Shown here: piece after piece, positions 17,761 to 26,645 of the stretch | Position numbering within the stretch: position 1 is the stretch's first letter | Layout of the letters: each line of letters begins with the position of its first letter | Source of the DNA: Christensenellales bacterium | GTDB taxonomy: Bacteria; Bacillota; Clostridia; Christensenellales; UBA1242 | Direction: 5' to 3' | Assembly: GCA_051889215.1 (NCBI GenBank) | Contig: JBJFDC010000026.1 | Coordinates: 1-56,582 of the forward strand | Length of the DNA stretch: 56,582 nt | Made by a program: the position numbers and the translations under genes | The notes under the pieces: generated by a model | What the model was told of the DNA's origin: nothing | What the model saw: only the letters and a program-made list of their open reading frames with translations | Database searches by the model: none

Positions 17761-17880
17761 TTTTTTGTTAAAAGGGTTTTGTTTGATTGACGACAAAAAA
17801 CCCTTCTGATAAACTAAAAATACGTGTGAATAATATGCAAAATTTGGTGCGTTATGTCAACAAAAGGAAGTTTTTGAAAA

Positions 17881-18279
17881 ATGAATATAGTTTGTGAAAA
17901 TGTTTTGGACAAGAAAAAAATCAACCAAATAAATCCGCTTGTTTTGGCGTTTTTGGGAGATGCAATTCATACTGCTTTTGTTCGCGAAAAAGTTGTGCTT
18001 GAACATTCATATTCCGCTGGACTCATGCACAAAGAAAGTGCAAAATATTGCAATGCTTCACATCAAAGTTTGGTTTTTGACAAATTGCAAGACTTGTTGA
18101 ATGAAGATGAGCATGAAATTGCCTTGCGTGCGCGAAATGCAAAAAATTCACACACCGCAAAACATGCCTCCCTTGTTGAATACAAAAAAGCAACATCATT
18201 TGAGGCGCTTTTGGGATATTTATATCTTGCGGGCGAAAATGAAAGACTAAATGAATTTTTGAGACTTTCAATTATTTAA
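17881..18279 (+). CDS. mrnC: Mini-ribonuclease 3
   Basis: RNase III-like signature LAFLGDAIHTAFVRE; 132 aa. Bacillus-type neighbourhood with rlmB and sigH. Confidence 0.88.
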   Translation: MNIVCENVLDKKKINQINPLVLAFLGDAIHTAFVREKVVLEHSYSAGLMHKESAKYCNASHQSLVFDKLQDLLNEDEHEIALRARNAKNSHTAKHASLVEYKKATSFEALLGYLYLAGENERLNEFLRLSII

Positions 18280-18359
18280 GCTTTTATTTTATTGTTTTTT
18301 TCAGACTAGTTTGATAAACTATGAAACATATTTAATATAGAGTCAATTTGAGGTAAAAC

Positions 18360-20084
18360 ATGAACAAAAAATATTTAATTACGGCGGCATTGCCATATGT
18401 AAATAATATTCAACACTTGGGACACATTGTTGGCTGTCATCTTCCAGCCGATGTTTTTTGCAGATTCCAAAAGAGCAGAGGGAACGATGCAATATTTATT
18501 GGCGGGTCAGACGACCATGGAACAGCGGTTTTGATTTCAGCAAAAGAGTTTGGAATGCAACCAAAAGAACTTATTGACAAACTTAATGTTCTCAATCACA
18601 AAATTTATGAAACTCTTGACATCGACTACACTTATAATTCTGGAACGAGCACTGAAATTCACTCAAAGATAACACAAGAGTTTTTTGAGGCGCTCGACAA
18701 CAATGGATTTATTGAAGAACGTCCTGCAAAAATGTTGTTTTGTCCAAACGACAACATTGCTCTTGCCGATAGATTTGTTGAGGGAACCTGCCCATTTTGC
18801 GGTTATGAGCATGCGTATGGTGACCAATGCGACAAATGTGGCGAAACTTATGAGTCAACAATGCTCAAAAACCCTCATTGCAAGTTTTGTGGAGAGCCGG
18901 CAGAAATCAGAGAGACAAAACATCTATATCTTCGCCTTGACAAACTTTCAGACGACCTTGATGCTTGGCTTGAGAGCAAAAAAGACATCTTCCGTCCAAC
19001 AGTTTATGCGGAAGCAAAAAGGTGGATTAATGAAGGACTTCTTCCTCGTTGCATAACAAGGGATTTGCCTTGGGGAATAAAAGTTCCAAAACCTGGATAT
19101 GAAAACAAAGTGTTTTATGTTTGGTTTGATGCTCCAATTGGCTACATTTCAATCACGCATGAACTTGGAGGCGATGAACTTGTTCGCGACAGGTGGCAGA
19201 ATCCAAATTGCGAAATTTATAATTTTATTGGAAAAGACAACATTCCTTTCCACACAATTTTCTTCCCAGCAATGATGATTGGTGCAAAAAAATATAACAA
19301 TGCAACAAATGTTGTTGGAATGGGTTTTATGAACTATGAGGGACAAAAATTCTCAAAAAGCAAAAATATTGGGATTTTTTGTGATGGCCTTTTTGATAGC
19401 GATGTTGACATTGATGGACTCAGAGCATATCTCGTGACCGTTATTCCAGAAAACAAAGACAGTGATTTCCGTTGGGAGGGGCTCAAAGACAACACAAATT
19501 CAGAACTCGTTGGAAAATTTGGAAATTTGTTTAATCGCTCTCTCAACATGGCGATGAAAAATTTTGGTGGGGAGTTTGATATTGATGAACGCGATTTCAT
19601 CCCAGATGAAAATGACCAAGTCATGATTGATGCGATAAAAACATATCCCGAAAAGATTGCAGAACTTTTTGACAAAACTCAATTCCGTGATGCATATAAG
19701 ACGATTATGGAATACGCAAGTGTTGGAAACACCTATCTTGAAAAGACCGCACCTTGGACACTGATAAAAAATGGCGACTTGTTCGGTGCCAAAAAAGTCT
19801 TGTGGTTGTGTCTCAATATGTGTGCAAGTCTATGCATTGTTGCAAGTCCAATAATCACGCGAAAAACCAAAGAACTTTGGCAAAATCAACTCGGGCTTTC
19901 GGGTGACCCAACAGCAAGCGGAATGTGGGAAAAGGCGAGCGAGTTTAATATCAAAAAAGGACATAAAACGCTTGCACCACAACCAATATTTGCACGCATT
20001 GACCAAGACAGACTTCTCGACCTTCAAACCCAACTTTCTCGCCGTTTTGACATGAGCAAACTAAAAGACATAAAGGTGGATTAA
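18360..20084 (+). CDS. metG: methionine--tRNA ligase (no C-terminal tRNA-binding appendix)
   Basis: ALPYVNNIQHLGH (HIGH-type), KFSKSKN (KMSKS-type), and zinc knuckles CPFCG..CDKCG and CKFCG; 574 aa. Confidence 0.9.
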   Translation: MNKKYLITAALPYVNNIQHLGHIVGCHLPADVFCRFQKSRGNDAIFIGGSDDHGTAVLISAKEFGMQPKELIDKLNVLNHKIYETLDIDYTYNSGTSTEIHSKITQEFFEALDNNGFIEERPAKMLFCPNDNIALADRFVEGTCPFCGYEHAYGDQCDKCGETYESTMLKNPHCKFCGEPAEIRETKHLYLRLDKLSDDLDAWLESKKDIFRPTVYAEAKRWINEGLLPRCITRDLPWGIKVPKPGYENKVFYVWFDAPIGYISITHELGGDELVRDRWQNPNCEIYNFIGKDNIPFHTIFFPAMMIGAKKYNNATNVVGMGFMNYEGQKFSKSKNIGIFCDGLFDSDVDIDGLRAYLVTVIPENKDSDFRWEGLKDNTNSELVGKFGNLFNRSLNMAMKNFGGEFDIDERDFIPDENDQVMIDAIKTYPEKIAELFDKTQFRDAYKTIMEYASVGNTYLEKTAPWTLIKNGDLFGAKKVLWLCLNMCASLCIVASPIITRKTKELWQNQLGLSGDPTASGMWEKASEFNIKKGHKTLAPQPIFARIDQDRLLDLQTQLSRRFDMSKLKDIKVD

Positions 20085-20085
20085 T

Positions 20086-20811
20086 ATGATTATTGAAGGG
20101 AAAAATGTTGTTTTTGAGGCACTAAGTTCTGGTCAGACATTCAACAAACTCTATATTTCAAAACAAAACAAAGATGCCGAAAGTCAAAAAATTATTAATC
20201 TCGCAAAAGAAAAAAATGTTCGCATTGATTTTGTTGATAAGTTTTTGCTCGACAAAAAAACTTTGACGCACCATCATCAAGGGGTTGTTGCCGAAGTCGT
20301 CGATTTTGAATATTCTGATGTTGATGACATTTTGAAACTTGCTGACGAGCGATGTGAACAGCCGCTCATCGTAATTCTTGATGGAGTCAAAGACCCACAC
20401 AACTTTGGGGCAATCATAAGAAGTGCAGAATGTGCCGGAGCACACGGAATCATCATTCCAAAAAACAGAAGTGTCGCCGTGAATGAGACTGTTATCAAGA
20501 CATCAGCTGGCGCAATTTCAAACATGAAAATTGCAAGAGTGACAAACATAAATTATGTCATTTCAGACCTAAAACAGAGAGGGATTTGGGTCTATGGGTT
20601 TGAGGCAGGCAAAAACACAATGTATCAAACAAACCTAAAAGGTCCAATCGCCATTGTGATTGGCAGCGAAGGTGAGGGAATAAGCGAACTAACCAAAAAG
20701 AGATGCGACGACATTGTTTCGATTCCGCTTGCAGGTCAAGTTAACTCGCTGAATGCATCAGTTGCTTGTGGTGTGGCGCTTTTTGAAATTGTCAGACAAA
20801 GGAAGTTTTGA
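20086..20811 (+). CDS. rlmB: 23S rRNA (guanosine-2'-O)-methyltransferase RlmB (TrmH/SpoU family)
   Basis: SpoU motifs DGVKDPHNFGAIIRSA, IVIGSEGEGIS and VNSLNASVA, with an N-terminal substrate-binding domain. Confidence 0.85.
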   Translation: MIIEGKNVVFEALSSGQTFNKLYISKQNKDAESQKIINLAKEKNVRIDFVDKFLLDKKTLTHHHQGVVAEVVDFEYSDVDDILKLADERCEQPLIVILDGVKDPHNFGAIIRSAECAGAHGIIIPKNRSVAVNETVIKTSAGAISNMKIARVTNINYVISDLKQRGIWVYGFEAGKNTMYQTNLKGPIAIVIGSEGEGISELTKKRCDDIVSIPLAGQVNSLNASVACGVALFEIVRQRKF

Positions 20812-21389
20812 TGTATAACGAAAAAGAATTAATCAAAAAAGCAAAAGCGGGAGACCAAGAAAGTTTTGCGGAGATTGTGCGAGAATATAACGTTCTTGTA
20901 AAAAAGATTGTCCGCAAATTCTTTTTGGTGGGCGCAGAACTGGAGGACTTGCAACAAGAGGGCATCATTGCACTTTGCAATGCGGTCTCCTCTTATGAGG
21001 AAACAAAAGAGGCAAGTTTCAAAACCTACGCAACGCTTTGCATAAAGAGAGCAATCATTTCGCTGGTTAAAAAATTTAATTCCAAAAACAACAAACTGCT
21101 TTCTGATAGCATTGCTCTCACAAGTTTTGATGACGATGACGAACTCATTATTGTCCTTCCGTCAAAAAGCATGCTTCCAGATGACAAACTTATATGGAAG
21201 GAAAAGCTTGAAGAAATAAAAAAATTTGTCGCCCAAAATCTTTCGACCTATGAAAAACTTGTTCTCAGTGAATATCTCAAAGGAAAATCATATAGTCAAA
21301 TTGGGGCAGTCGTAAACAAAAATGTGACGAGTGTTGAAAACGCACTTTCTCGCATAAGAGCAAAACTTGCGCCGTTAAAAAATATGTAA
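20811..21389 (+). CDS. sigH: sigma-70 family sigma factor, SigH-like
   Basis: Region 2 FFLVGAELEDLQQEGIIAL...SFKTYATLCIKRAII and region 4 LSTYEKLVLSEYLKGKSYSQIG...ALSRIRAKL align with my recollection of B. subtilis SigH. Sits after rlmB, as in Bacillus. Confidence 0.75.
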   Translation: MYNEKELIKKAKAGDQESFAEIVREYNVLVKKIVRKFFLVGAELEDLQQEGIIALCNAVSSYEETKEASFKTYATLCIKRAIISLVKKFNSKNNKLLSDSIALTSFDDDDELIIVLPSKSMLPDDKLIWKEKLEEIKKFVAQNLSTYEKLVLSEYLKGKSYSQIGAVVNKNVTSVENALSRIRAKLAPLKNM

Positions 21390-21420
21390 AAAAATGCCAA
21401 AAATTTTTGGCATTTTTGTT
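21390..21420. terminator. bidirectional terminator
   Basis: The stem ATGCCAA/TTGGCAT is flanked by A- and T-runs. Confidence 0.7.
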
Positions 21421-21437
21421 TTATAGTGAAATTTGAC

Positions 21438-22160
21438 TCATTCGCCCTTTGTTTGTCCGAGTTTTCTTCCAAACTTCTTTTGCTCGGGTTGCAAAGGAAT
21501 GATGATTTTAAATTTTGAAATACCTTTTGTTTCGGGATGTTTTTGCTCAAATCTTTTGACAACCTGATAAATGAGATCGCGATTTTTAAAATCTGTGTCA
21601 AATGTAAATAAATCTGCTCCAACAAAAATGCTTTCAGCAAATATCCTTGCGTCATGATCATGATTTTGATTATGGTTGCCAGCGAATGGATATGTGGTTT
21701 TTTTGTAGGAGTGTCCATCATGAACTTGAGTTGTTTCATATGGCGCCATAAGGTCAACAACAAGTTCGTCAATGAGTTTTTGTTGATAGTCGTCGAAAGC
21801 CACATGTTGCACGGCAAGTTTGTGGAAAAACAGATTTGGTTTTACTGGACCAAACGAAATGTGATTGTTGAAAACTTCATTTAAGACTGTTGGAGTTATG
21901 ACAAAACGAATTTCTTTTTTGTATGCTCGTTTCAGAAGTGAGAGAAGTGCATCAATTTTTTTCAACTGTTTTTCATTTGAGGGGTTGTCGTATAACAAAT
22001 TTGCATGAGCATAAGAGAGAAAGTCGTTGATGTCAATTCCGCGAGACTTTGAGTATTCCAAAATTTTTGCATCAAGTCCAAAAGCGGAACATAGTGCGTT
22101 ATTATCAAGCGCCAAGTAGTATTCATCATCATTATTTAAAAAAATAATTTTATCTTCCAT
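21438..22160 (-). CDS. hypothetical protein with PIN-like acidic motifs (240 aa)
   Basis: The order LALDNNAL ... ITPTVLNEV ... HDARIFAESIFVGADLFTFDTDF resembles the D/E/D/D pattern of PIN nucleases, with a large insertion. Recognised by eye only. Confidence 0.35.
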   Translation of the reverse strand: MEDKIIFLNNDDEYYLALDNNALCSAFGLDAKILEYSKSRGIDINDFLSYAHANLLYDNPSNEKQLKKIDALLSLLKRAYKKEIRFVITPTVLNEVFNNHISFGPVKPNLFFHKLAVQHVAFDDYQQKLIDELVVDLMAPYETTQVHDGHSYKKTTYPFAGNHNQNHDHDARIFAESIFVGADLFTFDTDFKNRDLIYQVVKRFEQKHPETKGISKFKIIIPLQPEQKKFGRKLGQTKGE

Positions 22161-22226
22161 ATAATTAATATATTTTATAACGCGATTTTTGTCAATATGG
22201 ATTTGATGCCCAAACTGTGATTTGTG

Positions 22227-23435
22227 TCATTGCTTGTTTGGAAGCAGCGAGTGATAGATGTAAGTGAATTCTTCTTCGAGAAAAATCATTGGAACAGGAT
22301 AGAGCGGATTTGCTTCTTTCATGGCACGGCGAACAAGTTTTGGAATGTCTTCCTCTTTCAGGTCTTCGATGTAATCGGGGAAACCAAAACTTTTGTTCAT
22401 ATCTTTGATTTTTTGAATGAACGCAAGTGTTTTTTCTTCATTTGTCACAAGGTCGCCAAAAATCCCGATTGCATCACAAAGAGCACCAATTTTTTTGTAT
22501 ATTGTCTTTCCATAAAAACTCAACACTTTTGGCAAAATAATGGCATTTGCAAAACCGTGAGGAGTGTTATACTCACCGCCGAGCGTGTGGGCAATGGCAT
22601 GGACATTTCCAACATATGCCCTTGTGAATGCAAGCCCTGCTTCAAAAGCGGCAGTCATCATGTTTTGACGCGCTTTGAGGTCGCGGGGGTTGTTATATGC
22701 TTTTTCAAGATTTTCAAAAATGAGTTTTGTTGCATGAATGGCATATTCTTTTGTCTCTTTTGTGTTGCCTCTTCCCACAAAACTTTCAATCGCGTGCGTG
22801 AGAGCGTCCATTCCGGTTGATGCGGTTAGATGCTGTGGCAAAGACAAAGTCATATTTGGGTCAAGGACGGCAAATTGTGGAACAAGTTTTGGGTCTTCGA
22901 TTGCAAACTTTTCTTTTGTGTTCGGGTCAACAATGACTGCGGCAAGGGTTGTTTCGCTTCCGGTGCCGCTTGTTGTTGGAATGGCATATAGCGGAGGAAG
23001 GGCATGGGTCACTTTCAAAACCCCACGCATTTGTCGAACAGATTTTTTTGGATTGTTTGCTCTTGCGCCAATCGCTTTTGCGCAATCCATTGCGCTTCCG
23101 CCACCAACTGCAATAATTGCGGAACAATGATTTTGCTTGTATTCTTCAAGTCCGTCCTCAACGTTTTGGATTGTTGGATTGGCAACGGTTTTGTCAAAAA
23201 TGGCATAATTGATGTTGTTTTGTTCAAGCGAATCAAAAACGAGGTTGCATAGTCCCAGTGACAACACTCCCTTGTCGGTCACAACAAGAACATTTTTATG
23301 ATTTGACATTGAAATGTTTTTTGCCATGTCATTTGTTGCCTTGTCCCCATAAAAAACTTGTGGTTTGTTGTATGGAATAAAATACATTGCCACTCGCATA
23401 ACTGCTTGATATGTTCTATAAAACAATTTTTTCAT
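22227..23435 (-). CDS. iron-containing alcohol dehydrogenase
   Basis: GGGSAMDCAKAI and the metal-binding block HAIAHTLGG; 402 aa. Confidence 0.9.
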   Translation of the reverse strand: MKKLFYRTYQAVMRVAMYFIPYNKPQVFYGDKATNDMAKNISMSNHKNVLVVTDKGVLSLGLCNLVFDSLEQNNINYAIFDKTVANPTIQNVEDGLEEYKQNHCSAIIAVGGGSAMDCAKAIGARANNPKKSVRQMRGVLKVTHALPPLYAIPTTSGTGSETTLAAVIVDPNTKEKFAIEDPKLVPQFAVLDPNMTLSLPQHLTASTGMDALTHAIESFVGRGNTKETKEYAIHATKLIFENLEKAYNNPRDLKARQNMMTAAFEAGLAFTRAYVGNVHAIAHTLGGEYNTPHGFANAIILPKVLSFYGKTIYKKIGALCDAIGIFGDLVTNEEKTLAFIQKIKDMNKSFGFPDYIEDLKEEDIPKLVRRAMKEANPLYPVPMIFLEEEFTYIYHSLLPNKQ

Positions 23436-23496
23436 AATTCGCCTCTTGATTTTTGATTATATCATTTCATTATATTTTGGCAAAATAAAATATGAT

Positions 23497-23527
23497 TATT
23501 AAAAAAAGAAGAGATTAATCTCTTCCT
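23497..23527 (-). terminator. rho-independent terminator overlapping the stop of the 113-aa ORF
   Basis: The stem GAAGAGA/TCTCTTC has loop TTAA, and a T-run follows on the minus strand. Confidence 0.55.
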
Positions 23528-23856
23528 TTTGAGTCTTGCTCGTGCTTGTGGTCGTTGTCCAAAATCTTTCCATAAATTTTTTTGTGGCCATCACGCTCTT
23601 CGACTTGCCACCCAATCCTTTTGGTCTTTTTTCCGTCGAAATAGAAATATTCGCCCGAGTCACTGTCTCCGATATCAATAATTCTTGGCTCGACGAATTT
23701 TTGGTCAAAGGTTTGCCAAACCTGTTTGATCCAGTCCACGGGATATTGGCAGATTTCGTTTTCAAGTGCATACAAAACCAACATATTTTTCACTTTTGGA
23801 TTGCTCAAAGACATGATGATATAATATCTGTCTCTATAAACTTTTTTTTCTTTCAT
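23515..23856 (-). CDS. hypothetical protein (113 aa)
   Basis: ORF with RBS AGAGG. No motif recognised. Confidence 0.5.
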   Translation of the reverse strand: MKEKKVYRDRYYIIMSLSNPKVKNMLVLYALENEICQYPVDWIKQVWQTFDQKFVEPRIIDIGDSDSGEYFYFDGKKTKRIGWQVEERDGHKKIYGKILDNDHKHEQDSKGRD

Positions 23857-23948
23857 AAAAACCTCTTTGAAATATTTTAGTGCTTTGGAAAAAACTTGTC
23901 AATATGTTTATTTGGAACAAAGTTGTCAAAACTTTTTGTGAGGTGAAT

Positions 23949-24440
23949 ATGACAGCTGTTTCATTTGTTTTTGTGGGAATAACATTAATTCTCAACGGTT
24001 ATTTGATGTGGAATAAAAAAGAAACAAAACCGCTTATTGTGTTTAACTTGTTCACTGGCGGCATGGTAATACTATTTAATATATATGTTATTATGTCTGG
24101 AGGAGAATTGGTTGGTTCTTTTGGTGGACTTTTGTTTGGGCTGACAAATCTCATGGTGGCATTTGATTTGATATTCAAAGAATCTCCGTGGGCAACAGGC
24201 AATTTTTCACTGCTTGCAAGTGTTTGCGCTGTTTCAATTTGTGCGTATAATTTTGTTGGGGGAGACATTTTGAGAGGTGTTATGTGGGCGATTTGGTCTC
24301 TCATTTGGTTATTCGCATTCATTGGCTTTTCTCTCAAAAAACAATTCCAACCCGCAACATTTGCGATGTTTGTTGTGCAAGGTTTTTTGACAACTGGAGC
24401 ATTTGGGCTTTTGCAATTATTTGGCATAATAAAGTTTTAG
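23949..24440 (+). CDS. AmiS/UreI family transporter-like membrane protein
   Basis: About 163 aa with 6 TM helices. FVFVGITLILNGYLMW...VFNLFTGG and WAIWSLIWLFAF resemble my recollection of AmiS (LLYVGAVLFLNAVWLL...INFLVG; WALLWFCFF). RBS GAGGTGA. Confidence 0.6.
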   Translation: MTAVSFVFVGITLILNGYLMWNKKETKPLIVFNLFTGGMVILFNIYVIMSGGELVGSFGGLLFGLTNLMVAFDLIFKESPWATGNFSLLASVCAVSICAYNFVGGDILRGVMWAIWSLIWLFAFIGFSLKKQFQPATFAMFVVQGFLTTGAFGLLQLFGIIKF

Positions 24441-25366
24441 ATTAAATCCATATAACTTCTGTCAAGAAAAAGATATGACAGCGGAATGTCGAGAATTGTT
24501 TTTGCACCAAACTCCTTGTTTTTTATGGAGTTTGAAAGAGCGATACAAAATGCAATGACAACGCGCGCGGTGAATTTTGGATTGCTTTTTAGGTTGAGTT
24601 CAAATTTCATTTGACCATTTGGGGTTATGACAAAACCCCGATGAAACATGTGGAGTTTGAGACCATTAATTTTTTTCTTGTTGCAAAATTTGATTAGTGT
24701 TTTGTATCCTGCAAAATAGTCGGGCATGTTCCTAATCTTTTTGCATAGTTCTTTTTTGTTTACGCCTTTTGCGCAAGAGACAAAACAAAGTCTCTTGTGT
24801 TTTGATTTTTCTTCGGGTTTGTTTCCAGCAATCGCTTGTTTGATTGCTTTTTTGTTGGGAATGGTAAACTCAATCGCGTCTTCAACACCTTTGAGCTCGC
24901 GAAGCGCTTGAGAATGACCTTGACTCACACCCTTTCCCCAAAACGTTTCTTGAGAAGTGTCAACGGCTGTGAAAATTGCTCTTGCGATGCTAAAAAGTCC
25001 AGGGTCCCAACCGCAAGAAATTATGGAACACTTTTTGTTGCGGCGATTTTGCTCATTGAGTTTTTTGCAATAGTCTTCTATGTGGGCATGATTGTCGAAA
25101 CTGTCAATCGTGTGAAAATTTTTTGCAACCAAAAAAGCTTGTTCTTCAATGTCAGTTTTCGACCCCGAGCACAAAATGATGATATCAATTTTTCTTTTGT
25201 AGTTTGAGATGTTTTCAAACTTATCACAATGAGAGCGAAACCGAGATGTGATTTCCCGTCTTGAAAAAATGCAAACAAGTCGAAATCTATCGTCTTTGAG
25301 AATTTCTTCTTCAACACTTTTCCCAAGATTTCCATAACCCAAAATTCCGATTCTGATTTTCTTCAT
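24437..25366 (-). CDS. ddh: meso-diaminopimelate D-dehydrogenase
   Basis: IRIGILGYGNLGKSVEE, GWDPGLFS, FWGKGVSQGHSQALR, KHKRLCFV and MPDYFAGY are collinear with my recollection of Corynebacterium Ddh. Confidence 0.85.
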   Translation of the reverse strand: MKKIRIGILGYGNLGKSVEEEILKDDRFRLVCIFSRREITSRFRSHCDKFENISNYKRKIDIIILCSGSKTDIEEQAFLVAKNFHTIDSFDNHAHIEDYCKKLNEQNRRNKKCSIISCGWDPGLFSIARAIFTAVDTSQETFWGKGVSQGHSQALRELKGVEDAIEFTIPNKKAIKQAIAGNKPEEKSKHKRLCFVSCAKGVNKKELCKKIRNMPDYFAGYKTLIKFCNKKKINGLKLHMFHRGFVITPNGQMKFELNLKSNPKFTARVVIAFCIALSNSIKNKEFGAKTILDIPLSYLFLDRSYMDLI

Positions 25367-25648
25367 GTATGTATTTATGAATTGAAAATATTTTTTGTTT
25401 AAAAAAATGAAAATTAATTAAAAATATTAAAAAATATTTAAAAAAATAATAAAAAATGAAAAAAATCATTAATTTTCATAAAATTATATTTGTTTTACCG
25501 CTTTTCACAAAAAGGATAAAACCAAATCAATTAATTTACAAATTAAAAACAATTTGATAATATAAGAATGTGATTTCAGTGTTTGAATTCACATCGGTTT
25601 GTTTGCAAATGACTCCGTCCTTGCAACAAACTTCCGAGGATTTTGGTC

Positions 25649-25990
25649 ATGAAATTTGAAGTTGTCAATCTCAAAGATATTGTCTTTTCTGTCCAAGACG
25701 TTGAGGCACATATCTCAATAATAATTCAAAATGCAAAATCGACTGGTGTGAGTGCGATAAAGTTTATCCATGGATATGGGTCGCATGGAAAAGGCGGGGT
25801 GATTTCGGTGGAATTGCGAAAGCTCTTGCCAATTCTCCAAAGGAAAAAACAAATAACATCATATCTATTTGGCAATGAATGGGGCATATCAAATCAAAAA
25901 TGTCAAAAGTTTTTGTTGTCACACCCAGATTGTGCGATTGATGAAGATTTGAACAAATCCAATCCAGGAATAACAATAATAGGAGTGTGA
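25649..25990 (+). CDS. Smr domain protein
   Basis: IHGYGSHGKGGV (Smr HGxG block); about 113 aa. Confidence 0.65.
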   Translation: MKFEVVNLKDIVFSVQDVEAHISIIIQNAKSTGVSAIKFIHGYGSHGKGGVISVELRKLLPILQRKKQITSYLFGNEWGISNQKCQKFLLSHPDCAIDEDLNKSNPGITIIGV

Positions 25991-25991
25991 T

Positions 25992-26579
25992 ATGAGATTT
26001 TTCACAAGCGACACACATTTCAATTCGCAAAACACAATTGATATGGACAAAAGACCTTTTTCTTCGACAAAACAATTTGATAAATATGTTTTGAATCTTT
26101 GGAACAAGCAAACAAAAAAGGGTGACATCATTTATCATCTTGGAGATTGGGGCAGTTGCTCCAAACATCAACTTCATGGCTGGGAACAAGCGTATCCCTA
26201 TGTCAAAAAACTAAAAGCAAAAGTTATTTTGATTATGGGAAACAACGAAGGAAGAATTGTCAGATATTTTTTTGATAACAATTTCGATAGTTTTCGAAAA
26301 TATTGTCAAGACCTTGGTTTTTTGGACGTCGTAAAAAATGGCGAAATTGATGTGGCGGGAAAACATTTCTTTTTGACGCACAAACCAAAAGACTGCAATT
26401 TTGATATGCTCAATCTCTTTGGACATATGCATCGCGCGGGAGGAATCTATAAGTCTTTCGGCTTTTCAATGTGTTTGGATATCAATCATTTTTTCTTATA
26501 TGACGAAAATGATATTGCCAATTTTCTTGAAATGAAAGAAAAATATTGGGATATCGACCAAAACCTAAAAATTAAATAG
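25992..26579 (+). CDS. metallophosphoesterase family protein
   Basis: SDTHF, HLGDWG, GNNEG and GHMH blocks. Confidence 0.75.
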   Translation: MRFFTSDTHFNSQNTIDMDKRPFSSTKQFDKYVLNLWNKQTKKGDIIYHLGDWGSCSKHQLHGWEQAYPYVKKLKAKVILIMGNNEGRIVRYFFDNNFDSFRKYCQDLGFLDVVKNGEIDVAGKHFFLTHKPKDCNFDMLNLFGHMHRAGGIYKSFGFSMCLDINHFFLYDENDIANFLEMKEKYWDIDQNLKIK

Positions 26580-26645
26580 AAAATGTAAAAATTTATTGAC
26601 ACAATTTTGGCTTTGTTATATTCTTTCATGCAAAAAGGAGAAATT

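Noticed and set aside
17621-17880. The DnaA-box cluster as the chromosomal origin (oriC)
   Set aside because: Genes on both sides run in the same direction on the + strand, and the + strand carries most genes across the whole window, so there is no leading-strand switch here. dnaA and dnaN are not adjacent, and I see no DnaA-trio-like repeat next to the boxes. A secondary DnaA-box cluster or a DnaA-controlled promoter fits better.
18280-18359. T-box leaders upstream of metG, glyQS, alaS and asnS
   Set aside because: The upstream non-coding spaces are only about 80, 9, 128 and 117 nt. They show no specifier-loop or T-box (AANNNGGGTGGTACCGCG-like) sequence, so they are too short for T-box riboswitches.
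25381-25490. AT-only tract with a 12-bp inverted repeat (ATGAAAATTAAT at 25407-25418 and ATTAATTTTCAT at 25468-25479), sharing a 15-mer AAAATATTTAAAAAA with the asnS-cdd intergenic tract (47573-47587)
   Set aside because: The sequence is low-complexity A/T, where such matches arise easily. Both tracts sit in promoter/terminator spacers and are most simply curved or UP-element-like DNA. It is worth a genome-wide k-mer check, but I do not call it a repeat family.
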